Positions 61,901 to 64,000 of a DNA stretch of 64,000 nt are shown piece after piece. The stretch spans positions 310,001 through 374,000 of the forward strand of contig NW_019029014.1 of NCBI RefSeq assembly GCF_002105155.1, written 5' to 3'. Position 1 is the stretch's first letter, and each line of letters begins with the position of its first letter. The notes under the pieces were generated by a model, which ran no database searches, was not told the origin of the DNA, and worked only from the letters and a program-made list of their open reading frames with translations. Source of the DNA: Lobosporangium transversale. Lineage: Eukaryota. Position numbers and translations under genes: made by a program.

Positions 61901-63377
61901 ATTCCACAGCTCTATGCTATACCATGGTTTATGACCCTATTCACTCGTGAGTGAACGCTTTCTTCTTTAATGCCCTTTGTTCCGTTTGTGCTTTTATTAA
62001 CTTTTCTTTTTTGTTTCTTTCTTTCTTTCTGTCTCTCTGATAATAGACATTTTCCCACTTGATAAAGTATATCATCTCTGGGACAAAATACTCGTCGGAC
62101 CTTCTTCACTCCCACTTTTTGTTGGTATTGCAATATTACAGCAATTTCGCCAACAGTTACTACGATCTGAGTTCAATGAGGCCATCAGTATTTTCTCTGA
62201 ATCCTTCCCAGGAATGGACATCGAAAAGTGTATTGAAACTGCACTGGCAATGTGTCGTGTCACGCCACCATCTACTTGCTGGCTATCGTACGATCAAGAA
62301 TCGAGGGAAATACGAGAGCAGCTACACTTGCCAATAACAATATCAACAGCCGCAATCCCTGGAAAAGTAGTTAATGGCGAAGTCGGGGGACAAAAACCAA
62401 ACGGTAAAGAAATCAGTCAATCTTCCGCAGGGCCAACAGCCCCTGTAGATCATAATATTTACAGCAGCTCTAAAGCATCCTCGGATCATCAGGAGTTGAA
62501 GAGACCGAAAGAAATCGAGAAGCGAATATCAGGTGGTGTAGGGGTCTTGCACTGGTGGGAAGAGCCTCTTTCAATCGAAACAATGGATGCAGAACTTGCT
62601 CCGCGAATACATCGTTCTGATTTTGTGAAGCTTCGCCAACAGGCCATGGTGATTGATATTCGGCCTGAAGAAGAGTAAGAAAATGACTCTCTGCTAAATT
62701 TTATCTCCTAACTAACTCTACTGTCACGCCACTGTTTAAGTAAACATTGAAGTACAACAATGTCTTCGTTAACCTGATGCGGTTTGGTATCCTGCGTTTG
62801 CATTTAGGTTCTGCAATGGCCACTATCCACTTTCAATTCAGATGGTCCCTGGCCAACTGGGGCTATTGGTGCACATTCTAGGGAAACTTAAAAAAAACTA
62901 TCTCGTCGTGATCGCCAATAGAGGGGATTCTGGGCCAGAGGTATGCCATGTTTGTGTGGGTGACAAAGAAGAATGGTAGCGAGTTTGCTTTGTCTGGGCA
63001 TTCAACGACTTTCCTTCATTGTTCTTTCGACCAAACCATAGTTTGCCTCGGCATTGGTGCGACACGGCTTTTCAAGAGTCGCACTATTAATGGGTGGCAT
63101 TGATGCCCTTCGAATCACGGAACCTGTGATGTCGTTGACATCTAATTCTGCAATACCAGGGAATCAAGCATCACCGTCCCTTTCTACTGTCAGTACCGCA
63201 TCCACGGCAGTGACAGGTACGACGACAACTACAATAATTACGACACCAACAATCTGTTCTTGTAAACCATTCCGTCAAGCTATTACGGTGCAGAGCAAAA
63301 TCAAAGATGAAGTGGCTGTCCAGAAATGTAAGACACCATTTACTCAAAAGAAGATGCGAACGACGATGGCTGCGTAG
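58949..63377 (+). CDS. TBCK: TBC domain-containing protein kinase-like protein (pseudokinase, TBC Rab-GAP, rhodanese), multi-exon
   Basis: Degenerate kinase '[13 protein letters not shown]...[29 protein letters not shown]', '[12 protein letters not shown]', TBC '[17 protein letters not shown]...[15 protein letters not shown]...YWQGLDS', and rhodanese-like '[10 protein letters not shown]...GH' and '[11 protein letters not shown]'. Confidence 0.93.
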
Positions 63378-63512
63378 ACTAGTGTAATACTTATTATCTA
63401 CAACATACTAATAAAAGTTTGAGACTTTCTTGGATTTCCGCATGGGCGAAGCACAATCCCCGTTACTTCATACCACAAATAACTCTAGCTTTATTTATTT
63501 ATTTATTTATTT

Positions 63513-63548
<36 letters not shown>

Positions 63549-64000
63549 TGCATTCTCCCTTGTTACATCTCCATAGTTAGAAAGCTGTCAACAAAGGGTA
63601 AAATTACTGGTAACAAGATCATTCGTGACATTTAAAGCAAGGTCACACTTCGTCAATAATACGTACTTTTGTTGTGCTTGATCCAGTTACTCGTATTTTC
63701 TTATTTTGCTATGCTTGCTTGGACCTTCTTCCATCGTTGGTGTCACAGGAGGTACAGGAATTTTGAACAAGAAGGAAGTGACGCGAGAAGTGAACAGCAT
63801 CGCTGACAGGGAAGTAAAGGACAATTTAATATGATGAAGGTAACATTGTCAACGTCATTGTTGACAAAGCTAGTAGATATATTGAGGATAGAGAGGTGCT
63901 AATCAGAGGGCGACGCTATGAAGGTTACCAGGTTAGTGGAGAAGTATAGCAATGATTAGAATAGGATGTTTTGGGATCGAGAAAACGAACGCTAACTAGC

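Noticed and set aside
63378..64000. Possible gene fragment at the window end
   Set aside because: No sustained open frame or motif could be identified.

Overview
Eukaryotic genomic DNA with short GT-AG introns, CTAAC/CTAAT branch points and long A/T homopolymers. Gene content and style suggest an early-diverging fungus, probably Mortierellaceae (inference). The window holds about 15 intron-containing genes: a partial PPR protein, an F-box/WD40/UIM protein, RPP2, COQ7, RCY1, GCV3, a DYRK/Pom1-type kinase, a LACTB2-like hydrolase, striatin, FAT1, a PEX39-like protein, a divergent CAX exchanger, a small membrane protein and TBCK. There is also a tRNA-Gln(UUG). The standout is a six-exon gene of about 2,389 aa (11185-18851, minus). 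It encodes the methyltransferase, TaqI-C-like target-recognition and C-terminal modules of a bacterial Type IIG restriction-modification enzyme (GQFYTP, LDPCLG, NPPY, LLNS, IDxxxYxLYG), with a Q/H-rich disordered N-terminus where the nuclease would normally be. It looks like a domesticated bacterial-type adenine methyltransferase. The second highlight is a nested mobile-element site about 200 bp upstream of the tRNA. Two copies of an RNase H-bearing non-LTR retrotransposon sit in tandem at the same 18-bp target, and the shorter copy is interrupted by a 96-bp foldback MITE with a 9-bp duplication. All exon boundaries were derived by eye and no database searches were run.
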